Assembly: GCF_009914755.1 (NCBI RefSeq)
Contig: NC_060944.1
From: the human T2T-CHM13v2.0 reference genome, Homo sapiens
Direction: 5' to 3' (one strand)
Length of the DNA stretch: 64,000 nucleotides
Shown: piece by piece, positions 14,034 through 29,513 of the stretch
Layout: each line of letters opens with the position of its first letter
How positions within the stretch are numbered: position 1 is the stretch's first letter
Program-made: the position numbers and the translations under genes
The notes under the pieces: generated by a model
Told to the model about the DNA's origin: nothing
Seen by the model: only the letters and a program-made list of their open reading frames with translations
Databases searched by the model: none

Positions 14034-14328
14034 GGCCAAGTGTGGTGGCTCACACCTATAATAATCACAGCACTTTGGGAGGCAGAGTCAGGAGGATTGC
14101 TTGAGCCTAGGAGTTATTCCCTGTGTAGCAACACAGGGAGACCCCATCAATACAAAAAATAAAAAAAACTTTCCGGGTGTGGTGGCGCACACCTGTGGTC
14201 CCATCTACTCAGGAGGCTGAGGCAGGAGGATCACTTGAGCCTGGGAGTTCAAGAGTGCAATCAACATCATACCACTGCACTCCAGCCAGGGTGACATGTG
14301 AGACTCTGTCTCTTAAAAAAGAAAAAAG
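14034..14328 (+). mobile_element. Alu (J-like)
   Basis: ggaggattgcttgagcctagg and ggatcacttgagcctgggag, which are J-type features. Confidence 0.9.
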
Positions 14329-14338
14329 AGAGGGGTGG

Positions 14339-14666
<328 letters not shown>

Positions 14667-14825
14667 ATTTGAAAAAAACCTCCACAAATCAGATATATCA
14701 CAGTCCTCTGTTCAAAACCCTCCAGTGAACCCCATTTCACTCAAAGTAAAGCCAGAGGTTTTAAAAAAACAAAAGCTTCCCAAGCCCTACATGTTCCCCT
14801 TCCCTCCTCAACACAGGTATACTAA

Positions 14826-15128
<303 letters not shown>

Positions 15129-15687
15129 ACTTTTAAACTCTTTACCTAACGTAACTCCCCTTGTTCCCTCCAACACTGGCCTCTTGCTGTTTCTGGAACT
15201 CTCCAGGCATAATCTCACCTTGGGACCTTTGCCTGGAACAATATTTCCTCCCAGCATGGCTAGCTCCCATGCCTCAGGCAAGTCTTTACTGGAATGTCAC
15301 CTTCTCATTGCCTGATCTATTTAAATAATAATCCCCCTGCCCTAGCACTCACACTCCCTATCATTCTTCTGATTATTTTTCTCCTTTAATTCTTATCACC
15401 ATTCAATATACAGTACTGAATATTTTACTCATATATATGTTTAATTGTGTATGTTCCCCAGTAGAATATAAGTGCCATGAGAACAGTGGTTTGCACCTGT
15501 TGTGTTTGCAAGTTGATGCCCAGTGCCTAGAACAGTGCCTGGCATATTAGTGGCCAGAGGAATATGTAATGGAATCTTGCAATGTGTGAAACACTCCACC
15601 AGTTACTGTCTAGACTTTGACCCTGCAACTAGATAATTAGCAAAACAGACAGGGCTTTTTGCTTTTACGGGGCTTAAAATCTACAGT

Positions 15688-16199
15688 TGTACTGCCCAAG
15701 TTAGTAGTACTAGTCACATATGACTACTTAAACTTAAATTAGTTAAAATTAAGTAGAATTGAAATACTATTTTTCTTTTTTTCTTTTTTATTTGAGATGG
15801 AATCTTGCTCTGTCACCCAGTCTGGAATGCAGTGACGTGATCTTGGCTCACTGCAACCTCCGCCTCCTGGGTTCAAGCGATTCTCCTGCCTCAGCCTCTT
15901 GAGTAGCTGGGATTACAGGCATGCACCACCATGCCTGGCTAATTTTTATGTTTTTAGTAGAGATGGGGTTTCACCATGTTGGTCAGGTGGGTCTCAAACT
16001 CCAGACCTCAAGTGGTCCGCCTGCCTTGGCGTCCCAAAGTGCTGAGAGTACAGGCGTGAGCCACTGGGCCCCGCCCAGATACCATTTTCCAATCACACAA
16101 ACCACATTTCAACAGTCTCATTGGCAACTGGCTTCCATGATGAACAGCCCAGAGGCGGAGCATTTCCAACATCACAGGCAGTTCTGTTAGATAGTGCTG
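15688..16199 (-). mobile_element. MER3-like (hAT) split by an Alu
   Basis: actagtcacatatgactact...AT-rich core...catttccaacatcacaggcagttctgttagatagtgctg. Confidence 0.6.
15769..16075 (-). mobile_element. Alu (S-like)
   Basis: Full dimer; TSD atac(t/c)atttt. Confidence 0.95.
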
Positions 16200-16707
16200 A
16201 CAGACATGGAGGGTTCCTCTACTCCAATTCCCTCTTTTATAGGTGAGGAAACCAAAGCTCAAGGAAATAGTGACTTGACTAAGATCACACAGCTAGTCAA
16301 TAACAAATCTAGTATGAAACCCAATTCTTCCGATTCCATGTGTAGATAAACCAATGTGTAGATAAACACATGCTGAAGTGCTATCTACTTCTTTAAGACA
16401 AATCAAAATATGAAACAAGTAAATAAAACAAACAGACAAAAAGCCCTCCCTTTGCCTTATTGGAATGAATATAATCAACTATAGAAACAGAAAGGAAGAA
16501 TGTATTAAGTGGGTATTCTCTCTTTTTCCCTGCTATTGTCTGAATTCTTCTTATTTGGGAGATATTTCCTGCTTTATGAGGCTTGGTAAAATGTAGAGCT
16601 TAACTCCTTTTTAGACGCTGGAAAAAAAAATGAATAGCTTTCCCTCCTTATGTGGTGGCTGAGTCATGGTGAATAGGCTTGGTTAATCAGATGCTCCTAC
16701 TTGGAAC

Positions 16708-17322
16708 TGAAGCCGCCATTGCAAAATTATAACTGAGACAGTGAAACAGATCTGACCTAACCAACTCCATCTTGCTTCTAACCTCCAGGCTCTCCTTGTT
16801 TGTTCTGGGCGTAGGCTGAACTAACGTTGGGAGGAACTTAGTTTATAATTTGAAACAAAGAATCTAACAGCCCTTTCCCAAAGCAAACCTCCTTCTGGCC
16901 TAGAGACTAGACTGTCTTTGTAGGACTAACAAATTAGCCACAAGATTAGAAATTATGGTTTAGGAGTCATGCAGCTGAAGGTTATTTTATTTTATTTATT
17001 TTTGAGATGGAGTCTCTGTCACCCAGGCTGGAGTGCAGTGATCTCAGCTCACTTCAACCTCTGCCTCCCAGGTTCCAGCGATTCTCCTGTCCCCAGTAGC
17101 TGGGATTACAGGCGTGTGTGCCACCATGCCAGGCTAATTTTTGTATGTTTAAGTAGAGATGGGGTTTCGCCATTTTGGTCAGGCTGGTCTTGAACTCCTG
17201 ACCTCAAGTGATCCACCCACCTTGGCTTCCCAAGAATTACTTTTTCTCTATTGGAATTCCCCTGTTTTGGTAAATCTTCTCTGTCTAGGCAGCAGGCAAG
17301 GTGAGCCCACTGGGGAGTTACA
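16708..17322 (+). mobile_element. LTR8-family ERV1 solo LTR, internally deleted and Alu-interrupted
   Basis: TG...CA ends, tgaagccgccattgcaaaattataactgag start, perfect 4-bp TSD gaac (16704-16707 and 17323-17326). Confidence 0.8.
16983..17233 (-). mobile_element. Alu, 5' truncated
   Basis: Alu sequence stops at cttggcttcccaa; no TSD found. Confidence 0.9.
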
Positions 17323-17608
17323 GAACTTTTCATGGGAAGCTATGAAGACAAAAAAAGGAATGTAGCAGCCGCTTAGGTTCTCAGGTGACTGCAACTGCAT
17401 ACAGTGAACAGGCCACAGACTCAGATTCGCCTTGTTTCCTGTGCATTTTCAAATCCCAACTATCTATCCTGCCTACCATTTGTGTGAGCTATCTGCTATT
17501 CCTAAATGTTTTTTTCAGCTCAAATCAGCCAGTGTTGAATTCAGTTGCCTGCAGCTCAAGTCCCTGACTGATACAGTGTACCAATCAAATTAAAATGCAT
17601 TTGACTTT

Positions 17609-17765
17609 TATTTAATTTATTTAAAAAGGTTTATTTGGTTCATGATTCTGATATTTGGAATGTTCAAGATTGGTCATTTTCGTCTGGTGAGGGCCTCAGG
17701 CTGTTTCCACTCTTGGTGGAAGGTGAAGGGGAGATGGTGAGTACAGAGAGAGAGGAAGCAAAGGC
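17609..17765 (-). mobile_element. MaLR (MST/MLT1A-like) LTR 3' fragment with A-rich tail and long TSD
   Basis: tttatttggttcatgattctg...tctggtgagggcctcagg...ggtggaaggtgaagggg; flanking direct repeats at 17591-17608 and 17766-17783. Confidence 0.7.
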
Positions 17766-17782
17766 TAATATGCATTTGATTT

Positions 17783-18299
17783 TGGAGGCAAGAAAACTCA
17801 TCTTTTTCCCTCACCCCTCCTAGGTTTTCTGACTGGGGCTCTGTTAATTAGACTGACAAAAGTCAGATTAACAGAAGAAAAACAAACAGAAGTTTATTAA
17901 CATGTGCATCACACATACACATGGAAGCACTCAGTAACTCGAGGTCGGTCATTAGAACAATAAATTTATAGAGAAGTGATAAGACAAAGGAAAAGGACTT
18001 TGAGTTTTTAGGGTGGCAAATTGTAGGAAGGTAAATTTATGGGGAAACTAGTGGTAGATAAGAGCTAGTTTTAGCAACGTCTGTTACCTGTATTTCTCTG
18101 GCACCACCTAAGGTGTCAGAAGAACTTCAGCTCTTCCTGGTAGAGATGGGAGGGGATACGCCTTTAAAAATTAATGTCCTGCAAATAGGGGAAGGGCAGA
18201 TACTTTTCTTCTATCTGCTATTTCTCAATTGCCTTCGGTTCAAAATAATCCTTATGCCAAAGTGGCATATTTTAGGGTGGCATATTCCGATACCTTTCA
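17783..18299 (-). mobile_element. ERV1 solo LTR, MER34-like
   Basis: Reverse-strand start tgaaagg...aatatgccacc...atatgccactttggcataaggattattttga; TG/CA ends; 4-bp TSD attt. Confidence 0.7.
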
Positions 18300-18889
18300 A
18301 TTTTAAATGAATGTTTCCTGGTGTTTTTGTTTATATTGAACCTTGAACATCAGGCCATCATTCTGGCTTATATGGAAAATATAATTCATAACCGAACACC
18401 AGCAGTAGAAGATAGATTGCTTGAAGACTTGAGCTTCTTATTTATTCAGCAGAATTGGCTGTTTCGATTGATCGTGCATTCAGTGATTAAGAAGAGCAAA
18501 ACGTAAACATTTCCAGATTTATGGTCACTCTAGCTTTGTACAACCCTTGAAAAAGAAAATGCTTGGAAAACTGAGGCTTAAAGTGCTGTGATACTTCTGA
18601 AGTTCCGATGATAAATATTTTTTTGTGATTTGTATAAAGTTAGACATCAGTAACTGTGTTTAGTCATTCTCATCTACTCAGGAAATCTGTCTGGAAGGAA
18701 AAAGCAGTGAGCCATGGTGAGCTAGTGAGAGAATTTTCCAAGTTTGAGAATGTCAACAAAGTAAAATTGTTCATGTGTGCTTAGCAATAGAATAGTCTAG
18801 CACTTGAATTTACCGAATTTAATTTCTATTCCCAAAATGATTAGGTATTTAATTTTTTTTCTAAAACTAAAGAGACATTTTTTAAGTTT

Positions 18890-19240
18890 TTTCTAAAACT
18901 GTATTAACCACCTTGACCCAATTGATATTTATAGACCGTCTTACCCAATCACTGCAAAACGCACATTCTTTTCAAGTGCGAGCAGTGGGAGCAGCAGGTT
19001 CCCGAGTATAGACCAAGTGCTGGGGCATAGAAAACCTCTCATTTCAACCAGCTGAAATACTACTGGGTATGTTCCCTGCACATGATGGAGTTAGATTAAT
19101 AACATATGGCGGAAAACTTCAAATCTTTGGACATTAACACACTTATAAATAACCCATGGCTCATGGGTTTTAATATCGCAGAGGGCATTTAAAAATATTT
19201 CTAACAGAATGATAAAAATAAAGGAAAGGAATTCAAGTGT
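18890..19240 (+). mobile_element. Ancient L1 ORF2 fragment
   Basis: ttgatatttatagac...cacattcttttcaagtgc...gaccaagtgctggggcata...aaataacccatggctca. Confidence 0.6.
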
Positions 19241-20315
19241 AAGAATTTTCTAATATCATATATCTCAAGATAATAACAATGATTAAAATATACCTAAGAT
19301 TTGCATAGCACTTTACAGTTTACATATATTCTGACATTTTATCTTAACAACCACTGTAGAGATGACGTTAATATACATGGATGTCACTCCAGTCCAGAGC
19401 AGTACATTAAACATCTCTACACTTTTAAGGAATGACTAAGAGGCCTGTCAGGCTGCTGGTCAACCCCCTGGGAGCATGATCTTGCCCTTCTACGCTGGCT
19501 TCCAGCCTTGTCCCATGCTCTCCCCCAATCAGTCCTCCCCCTTTCTGTGCCTGAGCCCGTTCTGTTACTTCCCTTGCAATGCATAATGATATTCAAGAAC
19601 ATTTGTGCATGAACTTGTATGTCTACCTAGCTGTTGGATAGTTTAAACAAAGGTTAGCTATCCCTACCCTCTCCTCCTCACTAAATAGGCTAGCACACAT
19701 GCAGGCCTTCTCAGTGCAAGTCCAGTGCTTCTTCATGACAGGAAAACCTTGCTATTCGAACACATTTTGTACTGAGAAATTTAATTCCACTTAAAGTAGT
19801 GACCAAAATTTCATAGGAAGTAGTGAAAAAATGATTTAATATTGAAATAAGCCTGATATATGAAAGAGAAAAAATTATGAATTTAAGTTTATTTTATTTT
19901 ATATACATTTTTAAAAATTGGGTGAAAATAATAGTTTTACACTAGTTGCTAGACCAAACAGCAAGTAAATCAAATGCCGGCTTTTGTGTATAAGTAGTAT
20001 ACGTGTAATTATGAACATATACAGGAGATATAATGTTTTTCACGTCATAAATGATTTCTGTAGCATGATCATAAGAAGGGCAAATATTTAAAAATAAATT
20101 TGAAGGCTTCGCTAGCCTTCCCAATGGTTCCTCTTAACTTTTGATATTAAATTATTCAACTCTAAAGTACATATTTGATCAAAATTCTGGCGTCTCACTT
20201 TTCTTCTTCACTTGTTAATCCTTTCAACTTTGTCTTTATCAGATTTTGGGGAAGAGTTGGGAAGTATGGTTCAAAAAGTTCACTAATTTCATGTTTATTA
20301 ACAGCATAAAATCTA

Positions 20316-20638
<323 letters not shown>

Positions 20639-23423
20639 TTATACTTTTCTTTGGCAATTGTTTGTAATATATTTACATTATACTATTAAATGTCATCCAT
20701 CAGATGATTTCAAATTAATTTTATATATGCTCATAGTGACCTCTGTAACAGTAGGCAGATGAATCATTAATATTTAGAAAACAAAGATCTCTTCCCCCTT
20801 TACTGCAACTACCTCAACAAGAAACATTCAATATAGAAGAAAAGTGTGTTTTAATTAAATTTTATATTATTAAATGAGTGCCATTTTAGGAGTTATGCAA
20901 GGAAACATGTTACAGCTAAAACTGCTTGTTCTTCTCTTTTTCTTGGGCACACACTTCAACTACCCTTCCCAGCCCTCTTGCAATTTGGTGGAGCCATGTG
21001 AAAAGTTCTCCTAATGGGATGTGAGCAGAGTGATGTAGGCCATTTCCAGGCTAAGGTAGAGAAGAACTGTGACTATCATCTACATCGTCTTGCTTCCCTA
21101 TCTGCCAGCCAAATGCAAAGGATCTAGTAGAGGACCGCAAGACCCTAGAGAATGGTGGTTCTCTCTCTTAAGAAATAAATCTCTAGTAGGTTAAGATATT
21201 GAGATTTTAGAGTTTTTTGTTATAGCTTGGTATAGCAAGGTACCTCTGTTAATCCATCTTGAATAGCATATTGCATGAGTTCATTACACGGAATTATTGT
21301 GTCTATGTAGGATTACTGCTGAATGGGATAAATTTGTCCTCGAATTTGAAAGATTTTGAGCAGTTATAATAATTCCATTGAACAAAAATTTATTGAGTGC
21401 TTATTCTATGTTTAGCAGTACATTGAACATTGCAGAGGGTGTCTGGAGAGAAGATGCTGAAGGGAAGGATAAATTGTTATCTAATCCCACTTCTCACCAC
21501 CTCACCACCAATATGTCTTTCCTGGACCATTGCTGGTACCTACTCACTGCTCTTCCCAAAACCATGCCAGCCTAAATGCGATCCATCTTCTAAATCACGC
21601 CACAGTGTTTTTTCCAAAGCTCCAATCTGATGGTGTAATACTCAGTTTAAAATCCTCAAGAGCTCAATCACCCCCAACTCCACCTTTGCTTTTGAGATAA
21701 AGTTCAATATAAATCAGGAACCCTGAGCAAAAACCTATAGATAGATATAGTTTATATATATATAATATACACAAACACATATATTATGTACATGTTTATA
21801 TATATAAAAACACTACATATATAAATTATAGTAATGCCAGCTGCTATAACAAATAAACCCAACATTTCAGTAACTTAACACTGTAAAAATTTATTGGCTC
21901 TCATGCAAAGTCCAGTTTAAGTGTCTATGACTGTGGGAGCTCCATGCAGTCATTCAGGGGCTCATGCTGATGGAGGCTCTGCCATTTCTGACAGGTGGCT
22001 TTGGAGGTTGCCCCAGATGTTGACATTTAGATGGTGCACAAAGAAAGAGTGTGGAGAATCACACATGGGAAATCAGTATGGACAAGGCCTGAAAATGGGC
22101 CACTTGACTTTTGTGAACCTTTCATTGGCTACATTTCACTCAGGTGACTGCACATAACTTAAAAGGAGACTGGGAAAACAGGCCATCTGTAGCCCACATG
22201 AAAGAGGAAATGGATTGCTGAATATTTAGCCATCTCTTTTGGTTTTCAAATATTTGTTCTTTTTCTCATGCTCCCTCCCCAAGGGAGACAACTCAAAGCC
22301 TTACCCAGTCACTATGCTCAGCTCAACTGCAAGATCACAGGAGGTGGGAGAGACCACCCCACCCCCATGTGGCTTATGATAGTCCAAAGACCTATAATTT
22401 AAAAAGATAAATTATCTGCAAACCCTCACAATACACAATACACAGTGATCCAGTAGAGACCAAAGAAACCTCCCATTCATAAAAGGGAATACTGCGAGAT
22501 GCACATCTAGCAAATTTGAAATCCTGCTACACACACATTGTGAACAGCTTTCCCCATGAGTACCCTTGGGGTTGTGGGGACTTTCTTGCTAGACCCTGAT
22601 TCTAGCAAGAAGCAGCTTCCTTCTTCATTTTCCTCATGCCCTAGATCTGCACTCAAGGAGTCTCTTTCTTGTCCATAAACCTCTATGGCCATATCTGGGG
22701 AGACTATATCTTCCTTGGGCGATACACAGTTTTTGCAACCAGATTCTAGCTGCAAATTTCAGATCTCTGATGGCTGTATTGTGGTGTTTTGGTTTCATTC
22801 ATTCTTAACACATTTATTAGGCATATATTCTGTGTGAAGCTCCATCTAGGTATTGGGTACAGTGGTTTAAGAAGACAAACAAGGTCCCTTTTTTCATGTA
22901 TCTTACATTCTAGGTAAGGAAACAGACTGGAAGTTGTTTTAAAGTTCAAACAATCCAAACGTTTTCAGTCCTGGCTCACAGTTTCTTTGGCAATGCAAGC
23001 GCTTCAAAAATGTAGTACACTCACGTCATTACATAGTTCTGATCCTAAACATAGTTCTCAAATCTGTTTTTTGTTAGTTTGTATTCTAGGCCCAACGTCT
23101 TTCTTTTTAGCTAAGGGCAACTACTTTGAGGACATATGGAACAGACTCAGGTAGTAAGAAGGTCAAGGCGGTTTATCTGATCTTTGTATCTGGCTGAATA
23201 ACTGTTCGATTACGGAAATTTCCTGGAACATTGTCAAAGTTCTTTCAGTTTCGTCTACCACTATGTGAGAGTCCAGCCCCATAACAGGGATCCTTTTGAT
23301 TTCCTTTCATATTGACTTGAAAACCAGCCATTTCTTGTTTAAGCCTATTGTGATCATCTAATATCTTGCTAAACGCCATCTGTAGTGGCCAAAATGCTGA
23401 CTTTTCCATCCACTTTTCCCAGA

Positions 23424-23920
<497 letters not shown>

Positions 23921-24102
23921 GCAGGGAGTATATGTTTGTGGGTAGAATAACACAAAAACATACAGAGAAAGTGGGGCAACCAACCATTAGGTTAAGGTGA
24001 TTAAATATCGGGATATTTTCAGACATAGAGAAAGTCAGTACGTTTCTTCCCCTGAACAAATTTTTAGGTAACGATCATAGGCCCTTTAAGGATAAGCTTA
24101 TT

Positions 24103-24632
24103 TTTCTTTCTTTTTAACTTTTATTTAAGTTCAGGGGTACGTGTGCAGGTTTGTTACATAGGTAAACTTGTGTCGTGGGGATCCGTGGTACAGATTATTT
24201 CATTACCGATACCGATTAGTTATTTTTCCTGATCCTCTCCCTCTTCCTTCCTTGTACTCTCTGATAGGCCCCAGGGTGTGTTGTTTCTTTCTACGTGTTT
24301 GTGTGTTCTCATCATTTACCTCCCACTTCTAAGTGGCGGTATTTGGTTTTCTGATCCTATGTTAGTTTGCTAAGGATAATGGCCTCTAGCTCCATCCACG
24401 TCCCTGCAAAGGACATGATCTTGTTCTTTTTTATGGCTGCATAATATTCTATGGTGCATATGTACTACATTTTCTTTGTCCAGTCTATCATTGATGGGCA
24501 TTTAGGTTGATTCCATGTCTTTGCTATTGTGAATAGTGCTGCAATGAACATATGCATGCATGTGTCTTTATAACAGAACAATTTATATTCCTTTGGGTAT
24601 ATACACAGTAATGGGATTGCTGGGTAGAATGA
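24103..24632 (-). mobile_element. L1PA 3' end, 5' truncated
   Basis: aagttcaggggtacgtgtgcaggtttgttacataggtaaac...ctttgggtatatacacagtaatgggattgctggg. Confidence 0.9.
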
Positions 24633-25597
24633 TCACCTCATTTTGAGTCCTGAATCAGCCATCTCATAGATTAGGTCCAAACTCACCCTTTGTAGTGACC
24701 CAAGCCAATAAGGTCCCTCTATGCTCAAACAAATTTGAGTTGAGTCCTGACATAGATAACCTTGGTCAACTGCTTGACTTCTTTACTGATGCAGCTTAGC
24801 ATTAATTCCTAAACATTCTTCTATATCTCTGCTAGAGTAGAAAGAGAGAGGGAAGAGAGATTTCTTTCAGTATGAAGCAGTAAATCTTTCTCATACTTTG
24901 CTTTTTGTACATTGCTTTATGGTTTAAAAACACATGCATTTGAAGTACAGATAAATCAAAACAGAAAATGGAAACATAAGAAACTCCATTTTAAGAAATC
25001 ACCATCTACTGTGTCATTAAGTCTTATAAAAATTTTTCTGCCATTGATAATTTTGGTGTCTCACCCAGACACCCAGTTGATGTAAATGTTGGCTGTTCAT
25101 AGTTCATAGATGTACCCTTCTCTGGAGAGCTGTCCTTGGCTGTGGGAGCCGCCTCACCCACAATGCCCTGGGAAATGGTGGCTTCTCCTACAAAGAGCCC
25201 CCAGTTAGTAGCCAATATGGTGAATTTTTAAAAGCCCAGCCCCCTTGCTTTAAGGGAAGACAGCTCTGTGGTGCTGCTCTTGCTCCAGAGCTCCCTGCAG
25301 GAACAGGCTGAGGCTACCCTTTAGCTGAAAGTGATCCTATCTGGTTTCTTTCTGGTGCTATCTGAGTTGTTCCTGAGAACATCTCAGATTTCGCCTCTAC
25401 AGAATCCTAGCTAAGGCATCATCATTAGCGCCTTCATACTCTATATTCATCTTTTCATTTTTATTCCTACTGAAACTACTCTCAGCATTCTATCTCTCAT
25501 GGTGAGAGTTAGCTAGAGTTAGCTCTAGCCTTTCCTGTATAGAATAGTCAGTTTTAGCATTTACATCCCTACTAAAAATGCTTTTGAAGAACTTGGC

Positions 25598-25890
25598 GGC
25601 TGGGCATGGTGGCTCATGGCTGTAATCCCAACACTTTGGGAGGCTGAGGTGGGTGGATCACTTTGAGCCCAGGAGTTTGAGACCAGCCTGGCCAACATGG
25701 CAAAACCCCATCTCTACAAACAATACAAAAATTAGCCAGGCATGGTGGTGTGCACCTGTAGTCCCAGCTAATCAGGACGCTAAGGTGGGAGGATCAGTTG
25801 AGCTCGGGAGGTTGAGGCTACAGTGAGCCATGATTATGTCAGCCTGTGTGACATAGGTTGTCTCAAAAAAAAAAAAAAATACAAAAACAA
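25598..25890 (+). mobile_element. Alu (J-like)
   Basis: Dimer with small deletion in the right arm. Confidence 0.92.
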
Positions 25891-26172
25891 ACTTGGCTCT
25901 GCTTAAAGGTTTCTGTAAAACCCTCCTGAATACTCACCTCTATCTCCCACACACCCCCAGATTTTAAGCATTCTGCTTTGACCCTCACAATGTTCTGCTT
26001 TATAGTAGTTAGTCTTTTGCAAGCCTGTCTTATTTGAGAAGAGTTTGTGTATCTTTCATCCATGTGTCCCTAAAGCATTTTTCAAAATTTTCCCCTCAGG
26101 ATGCACACCAATAAATGCACTGGTGAGGATATCTTAGCTACAGCCTTAGAGCCCTTTAAATGCCCCCTGCTT

Positions 26173-26469
26173 GGCTGGGCTTGGTGACTCATGCCTGTAA
26201 TCCTAGCCCTCTGGGGAGAATTACTTCAGGCCAGTAGTTGGAGACCAGCCTGGGAAACATAGCGAGATGCTGTCTCTACAAAAAATTTCAAAATCAGCCA
26301 GACATGGTGACACATACCTATAGTCCCAGCTAGCTACTTGGGAGGCTGAAGCAGGAGGACCACTTGAGCCCAGGAGTTTGAGGCTGCAGATCACGCCACT
26401 GCACTCCAGCCTGGACATCAGAGTGAGACACTGTCTCTAAAAATAAAAATAAAAATAAATAAATAAATA
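26173..26469 (+). mobile_element. Alu (J-like)
   Basis: Dimer with (TAAAAA)/(TAAA) tail; TSD aaat(g)ccccctg. Confidence 0.92.
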
Positions 26470-27060
26470 AGCAAATCCCCCTGGTGCACAGCAGGGCTGG
26501 CACAAGAGCCTAGAGCAGAACAGAAGGATGAGGAGAGATTAATTCACCCCAAGTGACTATGGAGATTGTGGAAGCAAAGGGGACAGGGAAAGGGGTAAAT
26601 TGAAGGGAAGCCCAGATTTGCATGAGTGTAACAATATATTCATAAACAGAGAAGGCTTTGATTGTATGGGAAGAGGGGAGGCAGGTCTTTTCCTGGGCCA
26701 ATCAGATAGTAGGAATGTGGTGGTGGTAGGTATAGCTGCTGGTGTACTTATTATATAGTCATAATGCACTAAGGTCCCAGTCAGGGTAAGGTTCTAGATA
26801 AAAGGCGCTATGATCTCAAGGCAGGTGGGGCCAGCTGGAGACAAGAGGTACTGGCATGGCTCCCTATCTTATTTTTCCATGAGTTTTCAAGGTCAATACA
26901 AGGTGGGAGACCACTCTCCATAAGAGGATGTCATTCTGTGTTGTAACTCATAAAAAGAATATGTCATTAGTGTGTATAACTTCTACTTGTGTCTGAACTT
27001 CCCCTTTTCCCAACAAGCAGGGGCAAGAGGTCCCTCCCGCATATTCCTAGTAGTGATTAA

Positions 27061-27418
<358 letters not shown>

Positions 27419-27501
27419 TAAAATCCTATCTTGACTTGGAAGTATATTTCTTCACAGCCATGCCTTTGATTATAAGTTACATCATTACATTATTTTATGT
27501 A

Positions 27502-28028
27502 CAGTAGCCCTCTTATTCATGATTTCAGTTTCAGTTACCTATGTTAAACCATGATCCAAAAATATTAAAGGAAAATTTCCAGAAATAAAAATGTATAAGT
27601 TTTAAATTTCACACCATTTTGAGTAGTGTGATGAAATTTCTGCCTATCCTACTCCATCATGCCCAAGACATGAATCATTCCTTTGTCCAGTGTTTCCATA
27701 CTGTACATGCTACCTGCCCATTGGTCACTTAGAAGCCGTCTCAATTATCACATCAACTGTGGAGGTATCACAGTGCTTTTGTTCAAGTCACTCTTATTTT
27801 ACTTAATAATGACCTGAAAGCACAAGAGTAGTGAGGCTGACATATTGTTATAATTGTTATATTTTATTACTAATTATTGTTTTTAATCTTACTGTGCCTG
27901 ATTTACAAATTAAACTTTATCATAGCTATGTATGTTTAGAAAACAACATACTATATACAGAATTCAGTATTATCCATGACTTTCAGGGGTCCTGGAACAT
28001 ATTCCCTGTGGATAAGCAGGAACTACTG
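27502..28028 (+). mobile_element. MER44B-like (Tigger7 derivative, Tc-mariner)
   Basis: TA|cagtag...ctactg|TA termini; ggaaaatttccagaaataaa internal motif. Confidence 0.8.
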
Positions 28029-28686
28029 TATCCTTAAGGGAAAAGAAATGTGGGCGGTGAGATTTTATGACATCATTGTTGTTAGTACATTCTAATTTCA
28101 TAGCTATTAAAATGTGACAATATATATCTTACAACCAATATAATGCAGAAATATCTAGACTTTGGTTAAGAACTCCAGCTTTGGAAACTAATTTTGATTC
28201 AAGGTTCAAATTTTGGCTCTGCCATTTATTAGTTGAGTGATCTTGCAAAATTTACCTCATTTTTCAGAATGAAATAGAAAATTGTGAGCCTTTAAAATCA
28301 CAGGGCCATTGAGAGTATTCGATGAGTCAATACAGGCAGGACGCTCACCATAGTGGACAACGGCGCATAGTAAGAGAGGGTGAAGACATTTTGGTTGCCA
28401 ATCCAACAGCCTTTCTTTTCTCTCTTCCTCATTAACTGAATGCCAATGTTATTTACCTGCTTCAGAGGAACAGCCTGTTAAAAAGTCCAGGTTTCTCCTA
28501 AACACAGAGGGAGAAATCATAATTTGTGTAAGCCAATCAGAGTTGTTTTATCTCTTGTCAAGTGATTGGTTTAGACATTAGTATGTGATGTAATTTTGGC
28601 CAATGGGATATGATGGGAAGTGTCTTGTGAGGACTTTAATAGAGGGATGCATCATGGGAATATTTTGGAAGTTGTCATCTGCATAG

Positions 28687-29164
<478 letters not shown>

Positions 29165-29513
29165 TAGGCTTCTTGCACAATAAGTAGTGAAAGACATCAT
29201 TAAAGCAACTTCAGTTGAATTTTCTATTATTTGTTGCAAAAAAGGCTTGAAACTGATGCAGTGTTTAGTGGCTATGAGCTCCTAACTATTTCTGCTACTG
29301 TTGTTAGTGCTTACTTTACCATCTGTTCCTAAGTTTCCTCATCTAACACGTGGGGAATAAAAAGATATTTGCTTTTGAAAATTGTCAATAGGATGGATGA
29401 GATAATGCATATAGAGAGCTTAGTCCATTGGCTAGCCCAAAGAAAGCATTTAATGAAGTGTAGCTTTTCCTCCTATTATTATTTTGTTGTTTTAGTGCCA
29501 CTATTTAGGACAA

